From: Zancudomyces culisetae HAW-14-8 | Taxonomy: Eukaryota; Fungi; Kickxellomycota | Assembly: GCA_052426225.1 (NCBI GenBank) | Contig: JBNJNM010000006.1 | Coordinates: forward strand, 1,798,001 to 1,862,000 | Direction: 5' to 3' | Length of the DNA: 64,000 nt | Part shown: piece after piece, positions 13,032-24,217 of the stretch | Layout of the letters: each line of letters starts with the position of its first letter | Position numbering within the stretch: the stretch's first letter is position 1 | The notes under the pieces: generated by a model | What the model was told of the DNA's origin: nothing | The model's database searches: none | The model's input: only the letters and a program-made list of their open reading frames with translations | Translations under genes and position numbers: made by a program

Positions 13032-15509
13032 GGAATTATTACTTCATAATATTTATACGTTTTATTATATTTGTTTTACTTTTTTTTTTATTACACAGGG
13101 TTATATTGATAAAATATATTTAAAGCAACAGAGAAACTGAATACTGGAGACAGTTCGAGATCATTTCCAAGAGTTTGAGTATTGGTGTAAAAAAAAAAAG
13201 TTTTTATGGGAATGAAAAAACTTTGTGAAAATACGTAAAAATGTATGTAAAAATGTTATTGTAAGTGGAGGGAGGAGGATGAGGAGACTGCGTTAAATTA
13301 AAATATGTGAAAAAAAATTTTTTTGTTTTGTTTTGTTTTGAATGGTAGATTAATTCAAAAATGGAAAAAAACGCGAAAATTTGTGGATAAATCCAGGACC
13401 ACAAACAACAAGAAAGTCAAGTATTAAAATGAAAATTAAACTAAGCTAAACTAAATGGGATATTATGGGAATTGGATAGAATGGGATAGAATGGGATTAA
13501 ATAGTTGTTAATATAAAACGTAAATTGTAAAATAAACAAGGATATGGAGGGGATGAGGAGAAGCGATGAAGAGAAGGAGAAAGAGTGTTATTTTTTGGAC
13601 AAAACTAGCTAATTCTAGATTTATGGGGCGATTAAAGAAAAAAAATGCAAAATGACATGAAAATGCCAAAAAAATAAATTATAAAAATCAAAAGAATTGA
13701 GAATTTGGGAATTTGGGAATTTGGGAATTTGGAATTTAAAACTTAAAACTGAAATTCTTGTTAAAAAGTAAAAAGAAAACGAATTTGCGTAATTGTTTGG
13801 AAAACGCGTTTGTTGATAATTGTGCGTTTAGTTTTGGATATTTATTGGTTGGTTTTTATTCGTTGGACTTTTTTTTTTTTTTTTTTTTGCTAATTTATTC
13901 TTTTTTTTAATAATATAATCGTTAATGCAAGGAAATATTGGTAAATGAAATAGCAAAACACAAATTGGAGGAAATGTTACAGTGATATGGAAGGAAGGGA
14001 AAGGAATAGAGAGAGAAATGTGATTAATAATTTTGAAAAGGGCCAAGAAAAAAAAAAGTTGGTTGCTTTATAGGTCGCCTATTTTTGTTATAGTAGCAGT
14101 AGCAGTTGTTGTTATTGTTGTTGGTGGTTGTGGTTGTGGTGGAAATCGAAAAAAAAAAAAAAGTAAAAAGATAAACCCAGGGTAGTAAATAGTCATTTAC
14201 TCTTCTTTTTCATCAACCAACTACCTGATCCCTCACTTCTCACTACCTCCTGCTTTCCTGTCTTATAAGGTGGGTAACAATAAATACATTGTAAAGTGTT
14301 GATTATGTGGATCAATCAACAATATGCAAAAACTAATAATAGTAAATACTCCATATAAACCCATGTCCCCTCCCCCTTTTTTTTTGTCTATAACTATTAA
14401 TGGAATAATCCAAGTGCTAAATGAAAAAGTACAAATAAAATAATAATAAAAGTGGTGAAAAATGGCACGTTTAATTGAAACAAATAACGCAAAACGTTTA
14501 GTCCTTATTATATACAAGAAATGCAGGAAAAATAAAAATAAAAATAAAATAAATGTATTAATTAACCACATTGACCCGTTACTTTTTTTTCTTTCGTTTA
14601 CTCCCTTCCCCCATACAAAACGCCAAAAAAAAATGAAATGGTGATATAAACCCAGGATTTTTTTTAAATTGGCGGAATTGATGACTTTTATGTACATTTA
14701 TTTTTTATTTTTTATTTTTTTGGCCTATTTCATTTTGCAAGAAAAAGAAAAGAAAAAGTATAAACTATTTGCGGCTTTCAATTCGTTTATATCGTGATTT
14801 TATTTTATTTTTTGTCGAAAAACTAGAGTACGAAAAAATTACTGGAATATTTTATATTGACACTAAATTCCGTATGTTTATTGGTGGGGTTTTTTCTTAT
14901 ATTTTTATTTTCTTTTTTTACTGCGATTTAGACTCAGAAATCGCACGCTAAACTGATACAAGTATAGCTTGTTTTATTCAGTTTTGTTTTTGACAGTTTA
15001 AATGGTATCCTCAATACTTTGTCATTCTGGTATACTTTAATATACTTTCATTATTCTCTGTTTTTTTTTGCACTTCTTTTATAACTAGATTATATTTTTC
15101 AAACAAAAGAAGAATAGCGAAACAAAAAACAAGACTAACACTATCAAGTAAAAATAAAAAAAACCGAAACTGAAACTGAAAATAATATAGGCATCAAGGA
15201 AATAAACAGGCATTACAGTCAACTATTAAAAACTAGGATACCGACGACATCTTTTTATTCTCTTCAACAATAAGATAGAAAAGAAAAGAAAAGAAAAGGA
15301 AAGGAAAAACTACTAGGTCGATAATAATATACTAAAACAAGGCAACTGGTGCTCTCTACACAGTTGCAAAAAAGCTCACACACACACACACACACACACA
15401 AACTTACATACACTTACATACACTTACAAACATACACTTTTACATAAAAAAAAGAAACCATTAATACATACACACAAAGGTTGATATAAATCAAAATAGA
15501 GACAATAGA

Positions 15510-17462
15510 ATGTGGTACTATAGAAAAAACACGGTGATAACTATCCCGGGGCTAATAACATCCGCGATAACACTGGCGTTTTTGGCCGGGTTTATAGCAT
15601 ACTGCGTTTTAACCAATTTTCGAGGCCGCCTTGTTCCTTCCAACGAATACACATTGGTATGGTTGACATTTGCGGGGTATCTTGCGGGGCTCCAGGCGTT
15701 GTTCGTAATGTCTACGTTTAGATCGGCGGTGCGATATTTACAGCTGTGTTTGATATGGATGATATATGCAATTACGATTTGTGTATACGGAGTTTTGTTG
15801 ATTATTGCATATTCGATTATGAGCTATGTACCTGCCGCGTTGTGGTCCATTTTGCTATTACCATTGGGTGGATATATCTATTGGTATGCGGTGCGTGCCA
15901 GGCGGGGATATTGTGTTGACAAGATAATGGGAATTGTGCATACCGAAGTGAGAATTAGAAATGCAACAGGTATGTTGCTGGTCATGAAGATACTTCGAAT
16001 GATTTTTACATTTGTAACCTGGATACTGGTACAGATTATTCTTATTGCTTTGATTATCAACGCATACTGGAACACCAACCGGGAGATTGTGTATCCAATG
16101 CCAGGAACCACCACAACCGTAATTATTGAAGGCTCGAATTCACAGTTCGATATGCATATCTGGTGCATGAACCCTACAACTAACTTTGGAAATTCCACAC
16201 ATGTCAACGGCACCGCCACATTTGTGTTGTTGTCTGAGTTTGGATATCCAGGTTCAGCAATGAAGGACTTGATGGGTGGCATTGCATCGCTTGGCTACAA
16301 GGCGTGTGTCATTGATCGACCGGGCTATGGGTGGAGTCAGCCGGGTCGCAATCCTCAAAAACCGACAGCAGTCGTCAACCAGATCAACCAAGTCTTGGTT
16401 GCAAATTCGATTTCCAGCAAAGTAATATTTGTAGGTTGGGGTGACGGTGGGCTGTATGCCCAACTTTATATTCAAAAATATCCTTCTGTTGTCTACGGAA
16501 TGGCTCTTCTCAACACTTATCCCAACCAGGGAATTCTTGAAGCCTTTGCCCTCAACAAAACATCTGCGCTAACCAACTTGAAACAACTAACTGCATCGAC
16601 ATCTGACGTCGTCTACTTTGACAAGGGTAGCGAAGAATCTAAATCCTCGTCTCTACAAGCTGCTAGAGTCTTTTCACCTCTCCAATTTGTTCACTCGTAC
16701 AACAAGGTTTGGGATTCTTACATCATCCCCGAAACCACAAATCTGCTGCGCTATCTCACAAACACAAACAACTACTACCAGGCTCGCTACTTTGAGTACA
16801 ACCGGAGTGGTCTTGGCTTGTACAAGGCTCTGCTAAATTATGTCACTGCCGAAACTAACTCCATTCTGCAAATGCGTTCGTGGCCTCTCCGCTGGCCTTC
16901 TTTTCCTTCTTCCTCTGCCGACTCCCAAAAGAGCTACTCCTACTCTCCATCCCAAAACCAGAACCCTCTTGACAATAGCTACGGCTTACTCCAACGACGC
17001 ATTGCTCAACTCGGTGGTTCTGACGATTCGCTCGATGACATTGTCGTCAAGCCTTTTGTTACCACCCAACCTTCTTCTGTTGATTACACCTCTGCTACCA
17101 ACACCAACACCGACTACCTTCTCAAGGTCCGCGACTCCTCTTCGTCTGACCAACAAGACCTGGGTTCGTCTCCTTTATCCCTGCCCCCTGTTCCTCTTCT
17201 GCTAATGGTCGACGGTATGTCTATCAGCGGAGACTGTAACCTCAAAAACATTGCCAACCCTCAGTCCTGTCAGCAAATGCAGGCCATCGCCTGGTTTAAA
17301 TACAGACAGCAAATCGAGTACTACATGACTCTCAGTTCCAGAACCTTCTTTGTTATTTGTTCCGGTTCTGTCAAAGAAGATAACCAGCCATGTAACGAGT
17401 ATTTCGTCCTTACTCGACCTAACTGGCTTGCTTCCCAGATTGTGACCTACTTTTTCTCTTGA
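15510..17462 (+). CDS. Integral membrane protein with C-terminal alpha/beta-hydrolase fold (probably catalytically inactive)
   Basis: About 5 hydrophobic helices in aa 10-187, then MHIWC, CVIDRPGYGWS and an elbow-like VGWGDGGLY. Confidence 0.75.
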   Translation: MWYYRKNTVITIPGLITSAITLAFLAGFIAYCVLTNFRGRLVPSNEYTLVWLTFAGYLAGLQALFVMSTFRSAVRYLQLCLIWMIYAITICVYGVLLIIAYSIMSYVPAALWSILLLPLGGYIYWYAVRARRGYCVDKIMGIVHTEVRIRNATGMLLVMKILRMIFTFVTWILVQIILIALIINAYWNTNREIVYPMPGTTTTVIIEGSNSQFDMHIWCMNPTTNFGNSTHVNGTATFVLLSEFGYPGSAMKDLMGGIASLGYKACVIDRPGYGWSQPGRNPQKPTAVVNQINQVLVANSISSKVIFVGWGDGGLYAQLYIQKYPSVVYGMALLNTYPNQGILEAFALNKTSALTNLKQLTASTSDVVYFDKGSEESKSSSLQAARVFSPLQFVHSYNKVWDSYIIPETTNLLRYLTNTNNYYQARYFEYNRSGLGLYKALLNYVTAETNSILQMRSWPLRWPSFPSSSADSQKSYSYSPSQNQNPLDNSYGLLQRRIAQLGGSDDSLDDIVVKPFVTTQPSSVDYTSATNTNTDYLLKVRDSSSSDQQDLGSSPLSLPPVPLLLMVDGMSISGDCNLKNIANPQSCQQMQAIAWFKYRQQIEYYMTLSSRTFFVICSGSVKEDNQPCNEYFVLTRPNWLASQIVTYFFS

Positions 17463-18738
17463 AAGATATTCCTCATTTGATCTATTTCACTTGATACTTT
17501 ATTTATTTTTTTTCTCCCTTCTCCTTCCATACTTTATTTCTCTTGCTCTTAATTTTGCTATTCGATATTATACTCCTCTTTTTCTTTTTTACAATATTTG
17601 TATATGTATATGTATATTTAGTTATACCTATACATTACTCATCAAACCACAGGAGCTAATTCTTTTACTCTTATTTTTAGATCCTTAAAATCAATAAAGC
17701 AACGCTATCCCACAAAAAAAACTGTCTCTTTTTTTCTTGGTCTAATTAACTCGTTTAATCTTTATTCTCAAAATATATATTTCACCTCTCCTCTCCCTCC
17801 CTCCCTCCCCCCCACTTTCGGAATGAATTTGTTATGAGTGGTATAAAAACTGTTTTTCACTTCAAAAATCAAACTCACTCTTCTCCACTCTCTACCCTTA
17901 ACTTTTAACACACCTCCCACCTTATCCCACCTCGCATCGCAAAGCTTATTCACTAAACTGATACTCCACTATATGTTGTAAATAACATTTCTTGATGATC
18001 TCCATGATTAACAGGTACTTTGGTCTATACATTCTTTTTTTATTTTTCCCTAGCCTACATTCTCAACACAAAAGAGAGAGGTAATTACGTTATTAATATG
18101 TTTTTCTTTATGGTAGAGTCCCTTAACCACAAACATGAGTTTTAATATTCACCGCTTGGGTAATGGAAAGAAGGATGGGTGAGAGGTGAGGGGAGGAGAG
18201 GTCATAGTTGGTGCTGATGAAGGTATGATTTACTGTTTCTTTGTCTTTACAGTCTCTGAAGTATCTACTAGACTGTACATCTTTATCAAATAACATATAG
18301 CTCCAATATTATTATTAATATTATTATTGGTATGTAAAAGTGCATCTATACCAGAATAAGATAGTAATGTTTTTTTTTTCAACTATATTTGTATGTATTT
18401 GTGTTTGTATATTTATGTAATGTATGTGTGGGGAGAAAGTGAAATAGAAATATAAGGTTTAATAGCCACATATTAAAAAAAATAATATAGCAAGGTGCAA
18501 AAGTAAAGAGATGAAGTTGTGATACTTGAAAGAAAAAAAGTATATAAACAATAACTTTTTACTTAACCTCGCACCCCTCTTCCTCCTCCCCATTCTTTGG
18601 AAACATCAAGTAATCCAAAATCTCATTCCATAAAAAAGAAAACCAATTATACACACTTACCCCCCCCTCCCCCATCTCAGATTAACAATCAATTATTGTA
18701 GGTACCCAGACTATAAAAAAAGAGGGTGTTATTAAAAA

Positions 18739-19749
18739 ATGCACACTGCCACCAAATCCATTCCTATCGTTCTTATAGCCTGTTTCTGTCTAGGAAGCCC
18801 ACTAAATAGGTTGGAGAGTAAAAAACATCGGTACCCATTACACAAGTATTCGTTTTCTGAATATCCACCAGTTCCGCAAACTCTAGAAGCTCCAAGTGGT
18901 GGTGATACAAGTGATGCTATTGATAACAGCGATATGGGACGCTTTTTTGCTGATCGATCTTTTTCGGACGATACGACCAACACACATGATAGAAATAACA
19001 AACATTATTTTAACTTTGAGTCTTTTCAAGATAACAGCGACGATGAAGAAAGCCATTACTATGCCAGAAATAGTAACCATGGTAAGTATAATAAGAACAA
19101 CAATAGCGATAGTAAAGAAGCAAGACTACTAGAGAAAAGGCACGAACATGGAAAAGTATCAAGTGTTGGTTATCATAAACCACAAAAGTCACAAAAACAA
19201 CAACACCCTCGAACTCAAACTCGAACCCATCGGAACAAATCACACAACGACAAATCTAGACCAAAAAACAGAAAAATAGTATACATTCCAGCAACTAAAA
19301 ACAAAGACACAGCACAATACACTGTTTCTCAAGGACTCAGCTCAAACTCCAACTCCAAATACAATGGCTATACCAAGTCCAGTTCCAATGATGGTAAGGA
19401 TCAAATGTTATACTTGGTAAACAACCTACGCGCAAAGTATGGCAAGCCACCTCTTACCATAAACCCTGGTTTGATGGCTGCCGCACTCTTCCACTCTAGG
19501 TATCAGTATTCAATCAAAAAGATCACTCACGAAAACAGCATTTATCCAGGACTTCTTAGGCGATATACAGTATTTGGCGTGCACTGTACTGCAGGCGGCG
19601 AGAATGTGGCTCGTGGACAAGGATCCATTTCTCAAGTCTTTAATGACTGGGTTCACTCACCTGGGCACTTTCAAAATATGGTGGGGGATTACAAATATTT
19701 CGGATACGCAAATGTTAATAGATACTGGACTCAGAGCTTTAGCGGGTAA
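18739..19749 (+). CDS. Secreted CAP/SCP (cysteine-rich secretory / PR-1 / YkwD-like) domain protein
   Basis: N-terminal signal peptide and low-complexity linker, then LVNNLRAKYGKPPL...GENVARGQ...WVHSPGHFQNM...YWTQSF. Confidence 0.85.
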   Translation: MHTATKSIPIVLIACFCLGSPLNRLESKKHRYPLHKYSFSEYPPVPQTLEAPSGGDTSDAIDNSDMGRFFADRSFSDDTTNTHDRNNKHYFNFESFQDNSDDEESHYYARNSNHGKYNKNNNSDSKEARLLEKRHEHGKVSSVGYHKPQKSQKQQHPRTQTRTHRNKSHNDKSRPKNRKIVYIPATKNKDTAQYTVSQGLSSNSNSKYNGYTKSSSNDGKDQMLYLVNNLRAKYGKPPLTINPGLMAAALFHSRYQYSIKKITHENSIYPGLLRRYTVFGVHCTAGGENVARGQGSISQVFNDWVHSPGHFQNMVGDYKYFGYANVNRYWTQSFSG

Positions 19750-19825
19750 ATTGAGTCGGGAAGGAAGGCATCGCGACAAAAAGCAAGTGGGAGTGAACAA
19801 GTAAATGGTAAAGATACTCTAATGA

Positions 19826-19860
<35 letters not shown>

Positions 19861-20285
19861 CGGGAAGGGGTGGGCGAGTGAGTAGGTGTAGATGTGATTA
19901 TTATTTTCTGATGCGCGTATCTTTGTAACCCATAGTGTATCATCACTTTTTTTGTTTTTTTTTATTCACCCCTTTCCAAGAAATAGTGCTATAATGTAGT
20001 ATGTAAAGAATTCTTGAGACGATATTTAAAAGTTGAGCAAGCTAAAAGTTAGAAGTAAATGTGTAGAGTTAATTTCAAGGTTTATATAATTATAACCCTA
20101 GTAATATATACAAATGTACACTCATAAATGCGTAGATATTAATATGATCTAGTTGCTATATAATTGAATGGCTTTTTATTTTGTCAGAGCTATAGTTGCT
20201 ATAATAAATGGTAAAAAAAAAGTTCCAGTTTCAACTACCCAATTTTCTAATACTTTTTTTGATCGAAAAAAAAAAAATAAAGCCG

Positions 20286-20305
20286 AAAAAAAAAATTTTT
20301 TTTTT
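20286..20305. promoter_or_regulatory. A10T10 palindrome, RRPE-like element upstream of LTV1
   Basis: Contains the AAAAWTTTT core about 90 bp upstream of the ATG of a ribosome-biogenesis gene. Confidence 0.4.
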
Positions 20306-20391
20306 AATGTATAGGATTTAAAGTGTGGATAAAAGCTGATACATTTCTTGCAGATAATTCAAGCGAATTGGACTAGAGGCAAATAAACAAA

Positions 20392-22333
20392 ATGGTCAGG
20401 AAAAAGTTTATAGACAAGAAGAAGGCAAGACAATTCACGGTCCTGAAGAGATCGGTGCAGGATCCACTAGCCTTCGAAGAGGGAGTCGGACCCAACGTCT
20501 TGCAAGAAGTTACAAGCCATCACAACAAAGAGGTAGGTTTCAAACAATACAACAAAAAAAACACACACATACACACACAGCAGCAGCAGCATTGCAGCTG
20601 ACATGTATATTAGCACATAAACACATCATATTCTGACTATTGTAAACTATTTTATATAGAAACAAGACAATTATGGAGAATACAGCGAATCTGAAGAGTA
20701 TGAAGACGATGACTTTGTTTCCAAGAGTTTGGAAGACTATGATGATTTCGGCGTGTTGGAGCCCAAAAACAAGCCCCAAAAGGGTTCCAAACATGGAAAA
20801 AATAGAGAGGAAGAAGAAAACCAGGGAATATTTTTTGATGACACGGATTACGACTATTTACAGCACCTGAAGCCCATCGGAGGCGGTACCGAACCTTCGG
20901 TGTTTTTGGAAGTTTCGTCTTCAAATAACAAAAAACAGAAACAGAAAAAGTCAGTTAGCTTTGCGCTGCCTGACGAAGTCTTCGAATCTAAACACAAGAT
21001 GGAAATTAAGGGCGATGCATATCCAAAGGGATATCAACTGGATATGGATCCAGAACTCAGAGAGGTGTTGGAGGAACTGGAGTATAATGAAAACGAGATT
21101 GAGGATGAAGATGATGAAGACTTCTTTGATATGTTGAGGGGAGATAAACCGATTGACACTGATAAGTATGGTAAAGAACAGGAAGATGAAAGCGATGACT
21201 ATGATGAGAATAACGAATATGGATCTGATGATCAAGACGAGGAAAGCATATATAAAAAGATCCAGCGGATGAAAATCAACAGTCAGCAGCGAGGATCGGA
21301 TTCTGAGGATGACTCTGGAGCTGAATACGGTTCCGAAGCCGAATCAGATGCCGAATCTGGCAATTATGCACGTAGCAATGGCTATGGCAATTATCGTGGA
21401 GGCGCGAGATCAGCTAGGAGTCACCTTTCAATGACTTCATCCGTTCTACACCGAAACGACAAGCTTAAGCTTCTGGATGAACAGTTTGATCAGGTAGAAA
21501 AGCTGTATGCAGATTCAGACAGCGAGTCCGATGATGAGGACGAGAATTCCATCTCAAAAGCTGCTTTTGATATGGTCATTGATGAATTTATTACTAGCGA
21601 AAAAGAAAAGTCTGGCATTCAAGTCGGAAAGGAAAAGACTATAGTGAGAAATGGTGTAGATTTGCTGAAGGCTGTACGAGAAGCCATGTTGGTTTCAGAT
21701 TCTGACGAGGATGATGCAAAAGACAGCGAGAAAAAAAGAACACAAGCCAAAAAACAGATTATTGACACACTGGACGAGGAGTCTGCTGCTCAATCAGCAT
21801 CGAACAAGCATGTTTACGATTCTATCAAGCTCAGTAATGCTGAAAATGAGACCACTTCGTATCGCAGACCACTTTGGGATGTTGAAAGCATTGTCTCTAC
21901 ATATTCAAATCTTCATAACCACCCAACCTTAATCAAAAACTCTTACAAAAACGAGTCGAAGACTAGAATCAGTGTAAACAAAATGGGTTTCCCAGTCATC
22001 TCTGAAGAATCTAATGGCAGAAATACAACTGGTATGAATGGATTTCAAAATAATATTCATGGTAACCATAGCGACGATGATGAGGATGAAGATCAAGATG
22101 AGGATGATGATGATGATGATGACGTTAACAAGGGTACTGGGGACAGGTCAGCTAGTGTTCGCAACAAGAACGAGACGGCCGAGGAAAAAAAGGCCAGGAA
22201 AAAGGCAATTAAAGACGCCAAAAAGCTTCGTATCCAAGAAAAGAAAGCGAATAGGCTTAACCACCAATCCATTAATGCCAGAAAATCGCAGTCTCGCAAC
22301 GACAAGCTACAGTACACCGTCCATCTAAACTAA
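20392..22333 (+). CDS. LTV1: Ribosome biogenesis protein LTV1; exons 20392-20532 and 20660-22333
   Basis: KKFIDKKKARQFTVLKRSVQDP, GIFFDDTDYDYLQHLKPIG, SMTSSVLHRNDKLKLLDEQF, WDVESIVSTYSNLHNHP, ETAEEKKARKK. A GT-AG intron at 20533-20659 joins the two ORFs in frame. Confidence 0.92.
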
Positions 22334-22652
22334 TTTTATATGGTTGCTTTTCCTAGTTGTAAATTACCTTTTATTCTCACAATACTGTGGTACATGCCAT
22401 TTAGTTAGATATCTTCATTATGTTTTACTTTTTTTTTTTTGCCATTTATTATTCTTTATTAAAATTTGGCTGCTAAACAAATTGCTGGTTGAAAATTAAA
22501 ACTCGTAGCTACACAAAAGGAATTCTCACATAAAAATACCATGAATAATCCCACTATATTCTGTGGCAACTCCAATCCTGCGTGAAAACTTTTTGCATGA
22601 TTTTTTTTTTCTTACAAATATCGAAAATGTTAGAGCTTACTGACTGGTGTAC

Positions 22653-22785
22653 AAAAAAAAAATTTTTTTTTTTTTGAAAATTTTTTTATATTAATTCTAC
22701 GCGTATTGAGAAGACATTGCAAAGTAAATAAAATATTAGATCAATTTTCAAAACACATCAAAAAATAAAAAAAATTTTTTTTTCA
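22653..22785. promoter_or_regulatory. Three RRPE-like elements upstream of nucleolar RRM gene
   Basis: A10T13 at 22653, TGAAAATTTT at 22675 and A8T9CA at 22767. Confidence 0.45.
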
Positions 22786-22969
22786 TCAACAGTATTTAAC
22801 CAGCAAAATATTGTTCAATTCAAATAACAGGGCTAATTTATTAGAATTTTCGGTTGACCACGCTTCATATCGCAATATACTTTAATAGAAAAGGATCCAA
22901 ACGTATAAAGTTTCTATCCAAACCCCGCACTCTCAGCAAAAAAGCAAGTAAGATATATATATTTTCAAA

Positions 22970-24217
22970 ATGGGTAAATCACAAAAGGCCAGCAAGAAAG
23001 AACAAACCGAAAAAGCCAAGGTCAAGGTCAGCGAAGCTGCTGCACCAGAAGTTGTAAACACAGAAGCCTCACCAGCCCCAGTTGAAAAAACCGAAGCCGC
23101 TCAAGACTCAAAGAAAGACAAGAAGGACAAGAGAAAGGAAAAGAAAGAGAAAAAACAAAAGGCCAAAAAGGTGGAAGCAGAACAAGACACTGCTATGGAG
23201 GTTGATAGCGTCAAAGTTGAGGAACAAACAGGTTCTGTAGAAAAAGACAGCACCACCAGTGCTTCTGAACCCGAAGTTGCTGAGGTATCATCAGCCGATG
23301 CTTCCGATTCAAAGAAAGACAAGAAGAAGAAGGATAAGAAGAAGAAAGAAAAGAAGAATAAGGATACAGACAGCAAAAAAGCTGACGAAGAGGAGGAAAA
23401 GGCTGAAGATGAAACCAAGGAAAGTAGTATAGAAGCAACTGAGGATAAGAAGAATGAAGATGAAGCCGAGAGCGCTCAAAAGGTTAGCAGAAAGCGCGAG
23501 TCTCCAGAGGACAATGAAAAAACAAACAAGAAGCAAAAATCAGATAAGAAGAACGATAAACGCGCTGATAGTATTTACAAAAGTGAAAAGCAGCCAGGGA
23601 TCTGGATAGGAAATCTCTCGTACAACACAACCCAAGAAGATGTGATTGAATTCTTTACATCCAATGGTATTGAAAATCCAACACGCGTATCCTTGCCAAA
23701 ACAAAACAACAACTACAACAATAACACCTCCAACTTGATCAGAGGATTTGGATATGTTGATTTTGAAACCGTTGAGGTGGCTGAAAAAGCTGTTGCACTG
23801 TCTGAGTGTGAAATTTTGGGCCGCAAGGTTCTAATTAAGCTCAACACTGATTACGGAAGAAAGACTCCAGCCAACGACTATAATAACAGAAACAACTTTA
23901 ATGGTGGAAATAGAAACAACAGTTATGGTAATGACAACAACAGAGCCGATCGCCCTCCTTCATTTAGCATCGTTGTTAAAAATCTTAGCTTTTCAACAAC
24001 AAAGCAATCTTTGGAGAAGTTGGCCGGAAAGTATGGAGATGTTAAGAACGTCTCTATTCCTACATTCAGAGACAATCCTACAAAACCACGTGGCTTCTGT
24101 TACTTTGACTACAATGATAAGGAATCTGCCACATCAGCTTTCAACTCGCTGAACGATTCCGTATTTGATGGTAGAAAGCTTCGTGTTGAGTATTCTCGCA
24201 ATTTCCCATCTGAATAG
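22970..24217 (+). CDS. Nucleolar RNA-binding protein with two RRMs (Nop13/Nsr1/Gar2-like)
   Basis: Lys/Glu-rich N-terminus (MGKS..., KKDKK repeats); RRM1 IWIGNL...RGFGYVDF; RRM2 IVVKNL...RGFCYFDY. Confidence 0.85.
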   Translation: MGKSQKASKKEQTEKAKVKVSEAAAPEVVNTEASPAPVEKTEAAQDSKKDKKDKRKEKKEKKQKAKKVEAEQDTAMEVDSVKVEEQTGSVEKDSTTSASEPEVAEVSSADASDSKKDKKKKDKKKKEKKNKDTDSKKADEEEEKAEDETKESSIEATEDKKNEDEAESAQKVSRKRESPEDNEKTNKKQKSDKKNDKRADSIYKSEKQPGIWIGNLSYNTTQEDVIEFFTSNGIENPTRVSLPKQNNNYNNNTSNLIRGFGYVDFETVEVAEKAVALSECEILGRKVLIKLNTDYGRKTPANDYNNRNNFNGGNRNNSYGNDNNRADRPPSFSIVVKNLSFSTTKQSLEKLAGKYGDVKNVSIPTFRDNPTKPRGFCYFDYNDKESATSAFNSLNDSVFDGRKLRVEYSRNFPSE

